From NCBI RefSeq assembly GCF_963921235.1, contig NC_086110.1, positions 620,001 to 684,000 on the forward strand: a stretch of 64,000 nucleotides of DNA, in the 5' to 3' direction. Position numbers and translations under genes: made by a program. The notes below the pieces were generated by a model. It did not search any database. It had not been told where the DNA came from and was given only the letters and a program-made list of their open reading frames with translations. This DNA is from Mobula hypostoma. Lineage: Eukaryota. Within the stretch, counting starts at the first letter, position 1, and each line of letters starts with the position of its first letter. Positions 48,501-61,379 of this stretch are shown in pieces.

Positions 48501-49270
48501 CCTAAGAATACCGAGAACTTAATCAGAGATATCGCGGACCCTGGCATCGGGGGGCGGGGGGGGGGGGGTGGGGTGTGGCAATAGAACATTCGGGAGTCTC
48601 GATTTTTCCCACAGAACGTCTTATCTGTCCCCCTAACTATCTAATCCCCTATCACTACTTTTCTGCTCTTCTCCCGCTCTGAGATGAGGGTCCAGTCTCT
48701 GTGCCAGAGACGTGACCACTACAACTTGTCCCTGGTAGGTCGTTCCCACCAATAGCATCCAAAACGTTTTTCTTATTATAGATAGGAACGGCAGAGAGGT
48801 GCTCTGCTCATTCTGTCTATTCCCCTTCCCTCTTCTGACAGTCACCCTGCTTCCTACCGCCTGATTTTAGGGATGACTATCTCCCTGAAACTCCTGTCTA
48901 TTTCTACCTCTGCCTCAGGAATAATCCGAAGTTCATCCTGCTCCAGCTCCAGTTTCCTAACTCGGTTTGTCAGGAGCCGCAGCTGAATGCACGTTTTATA
49001 GGTGTGGACATCAGGGACAAATGTGTTGTCCCTGACTTCCCACATACTGCATACGAAGCACTCGACTGCCCTAACTGCTGCCTCCATTACCTACTCCTAA
49101 TTTAATTAAATTAATTAAAGGAACTTACCCGGCCTTACCTCACTTGGAGCAGGCTCACCGAAGCATTTCGAGCCAAAGCCTGAAAGCTCCACTCCTACCC
49201 TGAACCACTCACACACTGGCCGCTCCTCTTCTTTTACCCTGCATTACCTATTTCCTCCTCCACCTCACTC
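45510..49270 (-). mobile_element. Near full-length, internally deleted CR1 LINE (ORF1 Zn-finger/esterase, APE and RT remnants, (AGAACCAT)n tail)
   Basis: ORF1 VECFVCSMWE...CIQLRLLT.RV.KLE and WLRRWCRREGF.FLDNW; APE FICFNARSI..K.DE; RT-proximal KSPGP..I.PR.LRE; tail at 45510-45530. Confidence 0.9.
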
Positions 49271-49279
49271 TCTGCCCTA

Positions 49280-49830
49280 ACACTTTGGTTCCCCTTCCGC
49301 TGCAAATCTAGTTTAAACCCTCCGGAGCAGCACTAGCAAACCTTCCCACAAGGATGCTAGTCCCCCTCCAGTTCATGTGCAACCCATCCCGTCGGAACAG
49401 GTCCTATCTTCCCAGGAACAAAGCCTAACTGTCTATAAACATGAAGCCCTCCCTCCTGCACCATCTCCTTAGCCATGTATTTAGCTGCATTATCTTCCTT
49501 TTTCTAGCCTCACTAACATGTGGCACGGGTAGCAATCCTGAGATTGCAACCCTGGAAGTCCTGTCCTTCAACTTTGCACCTAACTCCCTATATTATCTTT
49601 GCAAGGCCTCCCCCCTTCTTCATATCCACGTTATTAGTCCCTACGTGGACCACGACATCTTGCAGATCACCCTCCCTCCTGAGAATACCGAGAACTCAGT
49701 CTGCGATGTCGCGGACCCTGGCAACGGGATTCTCGATCTCTCCCACATAACCTCTTATCGGTCCCCCTAGTTAGTGAATTCCCTATCACAGTGCTCTCCT
49801 CTTTTCCCTCCTCCGATTCTGAGCTGAGGC
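49280..49830 (-). mobile_element. Second CR1 ORF1 (esterase) fragment in tandem
   Basis: 49295-49640 repeats 48130-48480 (aaatctagtttaa..cctcc.gag..gcactagcaaacc...). Confidence 0.75.
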
Positions 49831-50399
49831 CAATCGTAACTTGCTATACTTTCGAAGATTGGACGTAAAGGGTATATATAATTTAATAGGAAGACCGTTA
49901 ACAAAGTTGATCTGCAGCGTGACATTAAGGCCTAAGCCCATAGCCGCCTGAAAATGGCTGCACTCGTTGATAAGATGGTAAATGGGTCATCTAATTTATG
50001 GCCCTTATTAATCAAGTCATCATGTTCAAAATTTGCAAAAGTTAGTTGTGTCTCCTAAGACGCTAGGTAGACCGCATCCGAAGAACTGCATTCAGTTCTC
50101 ATCTCCGTGATGAATGGGGGATGTGAAATATTTTGAGATGTGTGGAAAAGAGGTTTACAAGGATGCAGATGGGATAGAAGTCATATGCTTTCAGGAAAGA
50201 TTGACCATGTGGGTTGTTTGCTCTTGGGCGGCAGTGGCTGAGGGGAAACTTGAAAGCTTTATAAGATTATAGGCGGCGTAGATAGCGTAGATGTGTATTT
50301 TTCCATCGCCAGGGCGTAATACTACAGAACATGAACTTAACGTGAGAACGTGCTAGTGGAAAGAAGACGTGAGAATGGAAAAGTGATGGAGTGGAAAGT

Positions 50400-50720
50400 A
50401 CCAGAGAGATATTTTGTAATGACCAACGAATAAAATGTTTCGAATCAACTGAGCTTGCCTGCTGTCTCAGGGCTGGATGTTTTTGCTCCGCACCACAGCC
50501 ACCCCCTGTTCACCTTCACGGTACCCGCCCCATATCGCTCCCGCTGCACTCCATCCTCGTTATTCCCAACATCCATGTCTCCCACCAGGTTTATAAACGC
50601 GCTCACCACTCCGCGTTGACAAAAATAGTACTGTGGAAAAGTCTTAGGCACATAGATATAGCTCGGATGACTGTAATTTGAACAACACTGTGCTGCCAAG
50701 TTGGTCATGGAGTCGATTAA
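50400..50720 (-). mobile_element. Rex1/Babar-like fragment
   Basis: Minus-strand homology to the Rex RT 5' region (YFCQRGVV...). Confidence 0.45.
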
Positions 50721-52233
50721 GGCACAGTTAGGTAGGTGTACGAATGTCCGATAATGGAGGGATATGACCATTATGTAGCCTGAAGAGATTGGTTCAGGTA
50801 AATTTTTAATTATTATGTTAATTAATTCGGTAGACCAAAGGGCCGGTTCATTTGCTGTATTTGTTTACGTTCCATGTTCTAAAGTTAAGGGAATACAAGC
50901 ACGTATGAAATGATGACAGAAGTAGCATCGTTGTAAATATGATCGTTGATGATGCATACAAGTTTGGTGATGAAATTTCTTTACACCCCTGCTTTGCCTC
51001 AATATGTGTTGCCTCGTACCTCAGAGATCTCAGTCTCTGCAGTTTAAGATTTAAAAAAAAAACGTGCAGATTCATCGAAAGGGACGCAACACACAGAAGA
51101 CATTTTTGGCCTCAATATGGTTTATCGTGAAATACCATCCACCCACTATGCCATTAATACATGACATCTGCATCCAGTAATAGCAGTCACCCTCGTGCTT
51201 GTCGATTCATCACATTTTACTTCTCAGCAGATGCGAAGAGACACTCTCTGAATGAACATGAGGATGAAAATGCAATATGGCTAATGTATCATCTGTCTAC
51301 TTCCTTTGAAAATACATCGAACGTATGAAGAGTTTGTTCAAGTCTAAGTCGTTTTACTTAAAACTAAAGCGACAATCATTTTCCTGTGAGAGTTAGTCGG
51401 TCTTCATTATTTGTGGTCGGAAAAGAATGCTCCGAATTTTGGATCGAAAAAATGCACCACGATGAGGAGCCACAAATCCAGATACCGAATCTCCACTGAA
51501 ATATCGACCATCCCTCACATTCCCCCAGATAATGCTGTATTCCCTGAGCCCATTCACTTTATCAATTTTATACTCCGGATTTCAGTGCATGCAATCTCTT
51601 GTGCTTCCAACTAAATTGAAATTTCAAATTCAGGTCGACCGAGTGCCAACGCCAGCAAAACCTATTTAGAATAAAATGAGTATGTACATAATGAAACAGG
51701 GTTATGATTTTTTTTTCATATGCAGTATATTAATAATAGAGATTTGGTAAAAAAAATAATATTTTTATCACATCCTTAGCAGAGTTTTCATTTTGGTCTG
51801 TCCAAAAGGAATATCTGCCTCAGGTCAATTAAGGTCGAGATTGTAATCATTCTGACTGAACTGTTTCGAGACAAAATATAATTGGGTACTCTTATAAATG
51901 GTTTTGATTAAAAGAAAAAAAAAACAGCGTAAGGTCCTCCAGACCCATCTTTACGATATCACATTTCTTTGTTAACAGAAAACATGCTTAAGGTATGAAA
52001 ATTTTATTTTGAAATTCGATGATTAGCAGTACTATGAGTCTTCCTGCAGGTTCCTCACAATATTTGGACGATTGATATTTTTTTTCAATGATATCCGATC
52101 TGTTTCAACCATAGATTCGCGACACATACTCAAAGTTCTAATGCAACATAGTAAGCGCATGATTCGCCAGTTAAGTATGATATGCAATAACGAAGAGAAT
52201 GTAGAAACTCGTAAATTAACTTAACTGACACAG

Positions 52234-52357
52234 AACACTGAATTTCATGAAAGAGACTCGTATTTCACCCAGAAAGTAATATATGCTTCCTTGGATCTGG
52301 ACTGCACCAAAGAAGTTGAAAAAAAATGAGCATGCCGATGAGTATGATATCTCCTAG
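52234..52357 (+). pseudogene. Possible decayed terminal exon of an inverted paralogue (VIYASLDL...[fs]NEHADEY)
   Basis: After ctgacacag: NTEFHERDSYFTQKVIYASLDLDCTKEVEKK*. Removing one A from the A8 run gives KNEHADEYDIS*, which resembles gene B LIYTCVDL...HETEY. No upstream V, C1 or TM found on this strand. Confidence 0.3.
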
Positions 52358-52840
52358 AGACCATAAGACCATAAGACCTAGGAGCCGAATTAGACCATTC
52401 AGTCCATCGAGTCTGCTCCGCAAATTCTATCAAGCCTGATCCCGGATCCCACTCAACCACATACACATATCGTCTCGCTATATCCTTTGATGCCCTGGCA
52501 TATCAGGAAACTATCATCTTCTGACTTAAATATACCCACGGGCATGGCATCCACTGCAGTCTGTGGTACAGCATTCCACAAATTCTACAGATTCACAACT
52601 CTCTGGCAAAAAAAAAAAAATCCTCCTTACTTCTGTCCTGAAAGGTCGTCACTGAATTTTATGACTGTGCTCTCTAGTTCTGGATGCCCACTTCCAAAAT
52701 ATCTAGTGCTTTCAACATTCGGCAGGATTTAATGAGACCCCCCCGCATTCTTCTACATTGCAGTGGGTCCAGGCCCAGAGCTACCAAGCGTTCCTGATAT
52801 GTTAATTTCTTCATTCCTGGAATCATCCTTGTGCACCTCA
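52358..52840 (-). mobile_element. CR1 3' fragment with (AGACCATA)n tail
   Basis: gaccataagaccataagacctaggagccgaattag; RMIPGMKKLTYQERLVALGL. Confidence 0.75.
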
Positions 52841-53304
52841 AGATACAGAAAGTAGCAGCCAATTCAACAGTATCGTGTGGTCAGCTGCCAGATACTAAGA
52901 TGGTGGGACAAGATGTATGGAGAGATCAGAAAGTTGGTCTCTGCACCGGGGCAACAGTTTAACGCTTCTTTACCTAAGCTATCGCAGCCGTCCGGAAGGC
53001 TGACGCATGAAGTACTTCACCAAAGAAGGCTTCACTATTTCCCTTTTGAAGGAAAATGGCCTATCGTTGGCGAGAATGCGATGGAGGTCTTCAAGTAGAC
53101 GAAGGCAGAACTTAATGATTCAGGGAAAGTGTCGGCAAGTATAAAAGCAATAGAGGCCTATTTTAGTTACATGAACATTCACTGATATCCAAGAAATTCA
53201 GACGGCACAGAAAGCAGAGTAAAAACTGTAATACTTTCGGCCAATATGTTGAGTGGGGGGCGGGGGTGGGTAGTGTTAGTCATGATCTCAGTATAATAGA
53301 TTTA

Positions 53305-54760
53305 CAGTGGTGCTGGAAAGTTTGTGAATTCTGCAGAGTTATATCTATCTCTGCATAAATACGAAATATAACCTAAAATGTGATCTGATAGTCATGTAGG
53401 TCCTAAAATTAATTAAACAGAACATAATTAAAATAACTGCACAAAAGCATTATGCTTGTTCGTTTATTTATTAACAAAAAATGCATTTTATGCATTTGTT
53501 GGTAAAAGTATGCTTTTTTTTGCTTTAAATAACGGGTGTGACCCACTTCTACAGCATCAATTTCAACCAAACGTTTACTGTAACTGTTGATAAGTCCTCC
53601 ACGTTGGCTTAGGGAACTTTAGGCTATTGCTGCTTACAAACCTGCTTCAAATATGGGGTGTTGGTGCTGTTCCTTGTATAAAGTGCTTTCTTCAGGTCCT
53701 TCCACAACATTTCTATAGGATTAAGTTTCGGCCATTCCAAAACACGATTTTTTTTCTTTTTAAACTATTCTGTTGTTCATTTACACGTGTCCTTCGCATT
53801 AATGTCTTGTTGCAATATCCAGCTTCTATTAGGCTTCTGGTGATGGACTGCACCCTGAAATTCTCCTGTAAAATGTCTTGACACAATTTTGAATTCACTG
53901 TTCCCTCAACGATTGCAAGCCGTCCAAGCCCTGAGGAGACAACGGAGCCCCAAACCACGAAGCTTCTCCACCGTGTTTCATTTTGGAATGATGTTTTGGC
54001 ATTAGCGTGCAATGCCTTTTTCCCTCCAAACATAGCGATCTGCATATCTGTAAAAACTGCAATATCTGTTCAACTTCTGTCTCATCTTTCCACAGAAGAT
54101 AATCCCAGAATCGTTATAGAACACCCAGATGGTCTTTTGCAGACTTGACAAGTGCAGCAACACTATTTTCGGAGGGGTGGGGCAGTGGTTTCCTCCACGG
54201 TATTGTTTCATTCTTCAAAGAACAGCATTTGGCTTCAGTTTTTTTGTTATAGTGGACACATGAACAGAGACCGTAGCATGTAGATATTTTTGCAGGTCTT
54301 TTTTCTGTTAACCTTGGTTTCCTTTTCACCTCCATTAGCACTGCATGTTTTTTTCTCTTTGCGTGATCTTTCGAAGATTTCCACTCCTAGGGAGACTAAT
54401 AACAGTTATGAGTTTCCTCCATTTGTAATATTATTTTCTTAGGGTGGGCTGGTGAATACTCATGTCTTTCCAAATGCTTCTATAGTTTTTTTTTTTTCCT
54501 AGCTTCGTGCATTTCTACAATTCTTCCCTAGGGTCCTCTAACAGTTGTTTCGATCGAGGCATGGTGCGCATAAACAGATTTTTCTTGAGAAGTACCGGCT
54601 CTGTTAGTAACCAGATTCTGTGTGTCTTTTTCAAAGGACAGGGCACCTCTACAACCCTCACATCCAATATCATCTCATTGGTTGGACCACCTAAATCCAG
54701 ATTGCTTTGGCAGAAGGTATTACCCTAAAGGTACACATATTTCCTAACAAATACATGCAA
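53305..54760 (-). mobile_element. Tc1/mariner DNA transposon, decayed
   Basis: TA|CAGTGGTGCTGGAAAG terminus at 53303-53320; transposase DDE remnants (VVWGSVVSSGLGRLAIVEGTVNSKLCQDILQEN). Right end is approximate. Confidence 0.85.
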
Positions 54761-55029
54761 TAGTAAAGTTGATATGGCCAGACGAAACTACCTAAGAACA
54801 GAGGAGCGTCGTTTCTTCCGCCAGAAAGTGTTGAATCTGTTGAATTATTTGCCACGAGCAGTTAAGGAGTCTATTTTTTTCTGTATATGTAAGGCAGAGA
54901 TTAATAGGTTTTTGATTGGTCAGGACATGAAGGGACACGGGTAGAGGCAGGAGATTGGGGCGGAGAGGAAAATTGAATCAGGCATATGAAATGGCGGAGG
55001 AGGTCGATGGTCAAGTGAACCAATTCTGC

Positions 55030-55330
55030 TCCTATTTCTTATGATTTTATGGCTTTGTGACCATAAGGTGATTCTCTATCACATGTGACCTTATCTTGAC
55101 ACCAAGTGTAGGCTGTCGGACCACACATCGAATCCGGAATGGAAATCGTAATTAAATTGTTTGACCAGCGGGTAGTCGCGCTTGTGTAGGTTGGTTCGAC
55201 GAAGCTGTCCCCCAGTTTACGACTGGTCTCGACAATATAGTGGAGGCCGCATCGAGAACAGCTGGCACAGCAGAAGACACCAGTAGATTGACACTTATGG
55301 GATGCTGCCACTGAAGAGATGGATGCCTGT
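55030..55330 (-). mobile_element. Penelope GIY-YIG fragment
   Basis: CQSTGVFCCASCSRCGLHYIVET.RKLGDSFVE. Confidence 0.7.
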
Positions 55331-55418
55331 GTGAAACCGTGGACTAAGACTGAATAAAAAAATAGGCAAGCGATTCTGTGATCTGTTCAGGGATTGGTGA
55401 ATGCAATGCCCCTATTAA

Positions 55419-56022
55419 CTGTGTCATCTGCAAACCAGAAGTTTAGAAGGCGGTAGATTAAAGCCTCGTGTATAAAAAAACCCTGATCTACAAAAGCCAT
55501 CAACCACTGAATAATAGCATTAAACTGGTGTCAGAAGGTTTCTATTGTGGTACGAATCTGCAAACTATGTGTAGATTAGGTAAGCAAAATATAAGCGCTC
55601 AATTTTGAAATGGTAGAAAGGAATTGCAATGTAAATCCATCGTTATTATACCATGGAGTGCCGAATCGTGCCCATTTCCTCAATTCCACTGTATTTAAAT
55701 ATGATATTTTTCCCATATACAAAAGCAGAAGCCGCTAAATATCTGGAAAGAAAACACGTGAAATCCATTGAGAAATATTGTTCGCTTTTGAAGGATCTGA
55801 AAAACAACGACTGATATGAAATAGTTCAAACTTTCTATGTTTAAGTGTATCATTTATCCATACTCAGGATGATGTTATAAGATATTTGCGCTGGATAAGC
55901 TTTGCAATATTTCACATGTATTGATACCTCTTACCTTGAACCAGACAACGTAACGCTCCATATTATAAAAAATGGTGGTGAACGAGTGTGGTAAAGAAGA
56001 TATCAACAATCAATATTTTCAT
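55419..56022 (-). pseudogene. Possible decayed leader exon (56022-55935) plus V-set exon (55742 to about 55419)
   Basis: Phase-1 leader-like MKILIVDIFFTTLV...*...LRCLVQG with donor gtaaga, a 192-bp intron and a strong acceptor gttttctttccag. Frameshifted V landmarks appear in order: GKNIIFK[Y], WY, SLQI, SDT, YY. Confidence 0.35.
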
Positions 56023-57034
56023 GGTGTGCTGTCATCTGCTACTTCACTGACTGATAGTAGTGTTGGTAACCGCCAGTGTTGTTGATGCATTCAGAGTTTT
56101 CAGTGTATGATTCTACAAACTTGTTGCAACTTTGGAGAAAAAAAAAACCATCAAAATGCTATCGTGCCTGGATTGACGACACGAACAAAAGTCCTTAATG
56201 TATTTTGCCTCTACCGCACCACAATCCCACACACCCCCTTCCACCCCCTCTTTTCTGAATGCAAGTTCTATGTACCCAAAATCCCTTATTTACAAAAAAA
56301 AACCTCTGATCTCCTCCTTCATAAACAAGTCCAATCACCTCCAAATATACCCCCTTTTAATAGCCACCCTGGGAAAACGGCATTGGCAGTAAACACTATC
56401 TTTGCTTCTTACCATTCAGACGCCTCCATCACCTGTCAACCTCCAAAAAGGAAAGCCACGGATGTGGTCTCTAAGTCAATCGGTATCACTGTAAATTTCC
56501 TCTGTCACCCCTCTAAAGTGTCCTTCCTATTTTGACGCAACCAGAACTGAACACAACACATGTGCCTTCTAACTGTGGAACTTGTGTGTCTGCAGCAATG
56601 CCTCGCGGATGCTGAGCTCAGGCCTGCCCTAATGAAAACAAAGACAATGTATGGAACGTTTCTTAACATCGTGTAAAATTGCGCGAGCACTTTCAGCTGT
56701 GGAGCCCAGCCACTTCGGTTCCCACACGCTGCTAAGAGTCAAAACATTAACGGTTTATTCCGGCTTTTCATTCTCATTCAACCTTCCAAACGACGTCAAT
56801 TCATATTTTTCTGGATTGAACTTTATTTGCCACCTCATCTTTACATCCTATCAACGTCCAGTTGTAAACTACGACAAATTTGTATACTATCGAAAAGACC
56901 TCCAAATTTAGTTGTATCGAAGAACGAGCTAGCCCACCCTTCCACTTCCTCATCCAAGACATCTCTAATATAAATATCAGAAGTGCAGGAATTTTCAATC
57001 ATTTTTCCAAACAGCAAAGGCAGAATACATTCAA

Positions 57035-58625
57035 TTTCACTTTACTTTATTCTTTATTGTCGCCAAACAATTGATACTAGAACGTACAATCATCACTGCG
57101 ATATTTGAGTCTGCGCTTCCCGCACCTTGGAATACAAATCAATAGTAAATACTTAAATTTTAAGTTATAAGTCATAAATAGGAAATAGAAAATGGAAAGT
57201 AAGGTAGTGCAAAAAAACCGAGAGGCAGGTCTGGATATTTGGAGGGTACGGCCCAGATCCGGGTCAGGATCCGTTCAGCAGTCTTATCACAGTTGGAGAG
57301 AAGCTGTTCCCAAATCTGGCTGTACGAATCTTCAAGCTCCTGAGCCTTCTCCCGGAGGGAAGAGGGACGAAAAGTCTGGTGGCTGGGTGGGTCGTGTCCT
57401 TGATTATCCTGGCAGCACTGCTCCGACAGTATGCGGTGTAAAGTGCGTCCAAGATTTGAAGATTGGTTTGTGTGATGTGCTGCGCCGTGTTTACGATCTT
57501 CTGCAGCTTCTTCCCGTCTTGGACAGGACAATTTCCATACCAGGTTGTGATGCACCCTAGAAGAATTCTTTCTACAGTGCATCTGTAAAAAAATAGTGTG
57601 GGTTTTAGGGGACAGGCCAAATTTCTTTCGTTTTCTCGGGAAGTAAAGGCGCTGGTGGACTTCTTGGCAGTGAACTCTGCTTGGTTGGACCAAGTCAGGT
57701 CACCTGTGATATTGACTCCGAGGTACAGAAAGCTTTTGACCTGTTCCACTGAACATCGCACCACCGATGTAAATTGGGTCGTGCGGTCCGCTACTCCTGC
57801 TGAAGTCAACAACCAATTCCTTTGTCTTTCTGACGTTGATGGATAGGTTATTGTCTTCGCACTATGCCATCAGGTTCTTAATTTCCTCTCTGTACTCAAA
57901 CTCACCATTACCCGAGATGTGGCCTACTATTGTTGTGTCATCAGCAAACTTATATATTGAATTCTATGGCAACTTGGCCACACAATCATGGGTGTACAGT
58001 GAGTACAACAGGAGACTGAGTACACAGCCTTGTGGGGATCAGCGCTCAGAGTGATTGTAGAGGAGAGCTTGCCCCCTATTTTTACAGATGCCTAGTGTCT
58101 GTGAGGATGTTGAAGATACAGCTGCAGTTCTGAGGGCTAAGGCCCAGGTTCCGGAGCTTATGAATCAGTTTATTTGGATGATGGTATTCAAGTCAGAGCA
58201 GTAGTCAATGAAAAGGAGCCTTCCGTATGCCTCCTTGCTCTCCAGGTGTTCTAAGGAGGAATGTAGGTCCAGAAAGATGGCATCTGCGGTTGACCTGTTG
58301 CTCTGGTAGGCGAATCGCTAAGTGTCGAGGTTGACCGGTAGGCTGGGGTAGATGTGTGCCATAGCTAATCGCTCGAAGTACTTCATAGCAATTGATGTCA
58401 GAGCCACAGGTCGATAGTCATTCAATCATGCCACCTTACTCCGCTTCGGCACTGGGATTACCGTTGCCTTCTTAAAACACGAGGGGATCTTAGTCTGAAG
58501 CAAGGAGCAGTTCAAGATATCAGCAAACACTCCAGCTAGCTCACTTGCACAGGCCCGGAAAATACGTCCTGGGATGCCATATGCGCCCGTCGCCATCCTT
58601 GGATTTATCTTCGGGAAGGCCTGAA
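57035..58625 (-). mobile_element. Rex1/Babar-like LINE, relatively well preserved
   Basis: GAYGIPGRIFRACASELAGVFADILN.SLL..KIPSCFKKATVIPVPK; FLYLGVNITGDLTWS; LFVPLPSGRRLRSLK.RT.RF.NSF.P. Confidence 0.85.
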
Positions 58626-58842
58626 ATACCAAACGCTGCCATCTACAGTTAAACCAATTCTAAATGGAAGAAAATATTGATGGACATCCTTGTGGGTTAC
58701 TTTTAAACATAAGTTGGTGAATTATTTACAATGAGCTGCCAGGGCAGGTGCGGTAGTGTCCGAAACTGAGATAACGTTTCCTTCCTTTGAACATATATTC
58801 AAATAATAAACGAACAGAGGGCCCTCTGTTCAAAAATTGCAA

Positions 58843-60740
58843 TAGACAACAGACAATAGGTGCAGGACTAGGCCATTCGGCCTTGCGAGCCAGCACCACC
58901 ATTCACCGTGATCATGGCTGATCATCCACAATCAGTACCCCGCTCCCGCCTTCTCCCCATGTCCCTTGACTCCACTAACTTTAAGAGCTCCATCTAACTC
59001 TTTTTTTGAAAATATTCAGAGATCTGGCGTCCACTGCCTTCTGAGGCTGAGCAGTCCACAGATCCACAACTCTCTGGCTGAAAACATTTTTCGTCAAATC
59101 CCTTCTAAATGGCCTACCCTTTATTCTCAAATTGTGGCCTCTTGTTCTGGACTCCGACATCGGGGACATGCTTCCTGCTCGTAGCATGTCCAATCCCTTA
59201 ATAATCTTATATGTTTCAATCAGGTCCCCTCTCATCCTTCTAAATTCCAGTGTATCCAAGCCCAGTCTCTCCAATCTTTCAACATATGACAGTCCCGCCA
59301 TCCCGGGAATTAACCTCGTGAACGTATGCTGCACTCCCTCAACAGCAGGAATGTTCTTCATCAAATTTGGAAACCAAAACTTCACATAATACTCCAGGTG
59401 TGGTCTCACCAGGGTCCTGCAGAAATGCAGGAGGACTTATTTGCTCTTATAATCAATTCCCCTTGAAGGACAAAATGCTATTAGTTGTTTTTTCACTGCA
59501 TGCTGTACCTGCATGCTTACTTTCAGTGATTGATATTCAAGAACACCTAGATCTCGTTGTACTTCCCCTTTTCCTAACTTGACGCCATTCAGATAGTAAT
59601 CTGCCTTCCTGTTCTTGCCACCATATTGGATAACCTCATATTTATCCATATTAACCTATATCCTCCATGCATCTGCCAAGTCAGTGAACTGTTCAAGTCA
59701 CCCTGCATTCTCATAACATTCTCCTCAAATTTCACGCTGCCACCCAGCTTTATGTCATCTGCAAACTTGCTAATGTTACTTGTAATCCCTTGATCTAAAT
59801 CATTAATGTGTATTGTAAATAGTTGCGGTCCCAGCACCGAGCCTTGCGGTACCCCACTAGTCACTGCCTGCCATTCTGAAAGGGACCAGTTAATCCCTAC
59901 TCTTGGTTTTCTGTCTGCCAAACGATTTTCTATCCAGGTCAGTACCCTACCCCGATACCATGTGTTCCAATTTTGCCTACTAATCTCCAATGTGGGACCT
60001 TATCAAAGGCTTTCTGTAAGTCCAGGTAAACTACATATACTGGCTCTCCCTTGTCTATTTTCATAGTTACATCCTCAAAAATTTCCCGACGGTTGGTGAA
60101 GCGTGATGTTCCCTTCATAAATCCATGCTGGCTCGGACCGATCCTGTAACTGCTATCCAAAGGTGCAGCCTGTTCATCTTTGATAATTGACTCCGACATC
60201 TTCCCCACCAGTAATGGCACTCTAACTGGTGTATAATCCCCTGTTTTCTTTCCCACTTCTTTCTTAAAAAGTGGGTAACATTAGCCTGCCTCCAATCCAC
60301 AGGAACAGATCCTGAATCTATCTAACATTGCAAAATGATTAACAATGCGTCTACGATTACTAGAGCCACCTCCGTAAGTACCCTGGGATGCAGACCATCA
60401 TACCTAAAGAAGCTTTTACTATCCTCCTATATATTCCTGGCTAGCGTACCTTCGTACCTCATCTTTTCTCCCCGTATTGCCTTTTCAGTTATCTTCTGTT
60501 GCTCTTTAAAAAGTTTCCCAATCCTCTGGCTTCCTGCTCATCTTTTCTGTGTTATACGTCTTCTGTTTTATTCATATACTGTCCTCGACTTACCTTATCA
60601 GACACGGTCGCCCCTTACTCCCGTCAGAGTCTTTCTTCCTCTTTGGAATGAACTGATGCTGCACTTCCTGTATTATTCCCAGAAATACCTGCCGTTGTTG
60701 TTCCAATGTCATCCCTGCTAGGGTATCTTTCCAGTCGTTG
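58843..60740 (-). mobile_element. CR1 LINE ORF2 fragment with (CAATAGA)n tail
   Basis: QHGFMKGTS..TN; DLQKAFDKVPH; [13 protein letters not shown]; FADDIKLGG; RPHLEYYVKFW. Confidence 0.85.
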
Positions 60741-60845
60741 CTTTAAATAACCATCCTGGGTTAGGTGGACCATTACTAGCTGACTTCTAATTTAACTAGT
60801 CTGGCACAACATTCTGGGATATAAAACCATAAGGCATAGGAGCAG

Positions 60846-61180
60846 AAACCGAATCAGAATCAGGTTAATTATCTGACATGCGTTGTGAACTGTGTTAATT
60901 TAGCAGCAGCAATTCAATGCAATACATAATACAGAATAATTCTAATAAATAGTAAATCAATTACAGTATATTGAATAGATTAAAAATCGTGCAACACCAG
61001 GAATAATATATATTTTAAAAAGTGAGGTAGTGTTGGCGGGTTCAATGTCCATTTCGGAATCGGGTGACAGAGGGAAAGAAGCTGTTTATGAATCGCTGAA
61101 TGTGTGCCTTTAGGTTTTGGTACCTCCTACCAGATGGTACCAGTGCGAAAAGAGCATGCTCGTGGGTGCTGAGGGTGCCA
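60846..61180 (-). mobile_element. Rex1/Babar-like 3' UTR fragment
   Basis: gaatcagaatcagg tail, the reverse complement of the (GATTCT)n end at 17413, followed by the conserved 3' UTR. Confidence 0.6.
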
Positions 61181-61379
61181 TAGTCCGGTCCGTTGAATCC
61201 TCGTTTCGGTTAATTTCCTTCTCCCCGTTTTCTACGGGGGTCCTTAATTAGCGCATCTGATTTTCATCCGAACCAGCAGCACTAAAACTGCGGCTTACAT
61301 CTACTCAGTGCTACTCCGTCTCCTGAGCAGGGCGGTAATGCACGTTGCAGGCCACCGAACAGGAAATTTGCCCATCAGG

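Noticed and set aside
51380-51661. Minus-strand acceptor followed by IACT...LIK* as a decayed C1 exon
   Set aside because: Multiple stops, wrong Cys-Trp spacing and no second Cys motif; too weak to call.
56100-57000. 142-aa ORF 56107-56535 and neighbouring ORFs
   Set aside because: No domain recognised. The region looks like antisense decayed LINE sequence, but I could not assign a clade.
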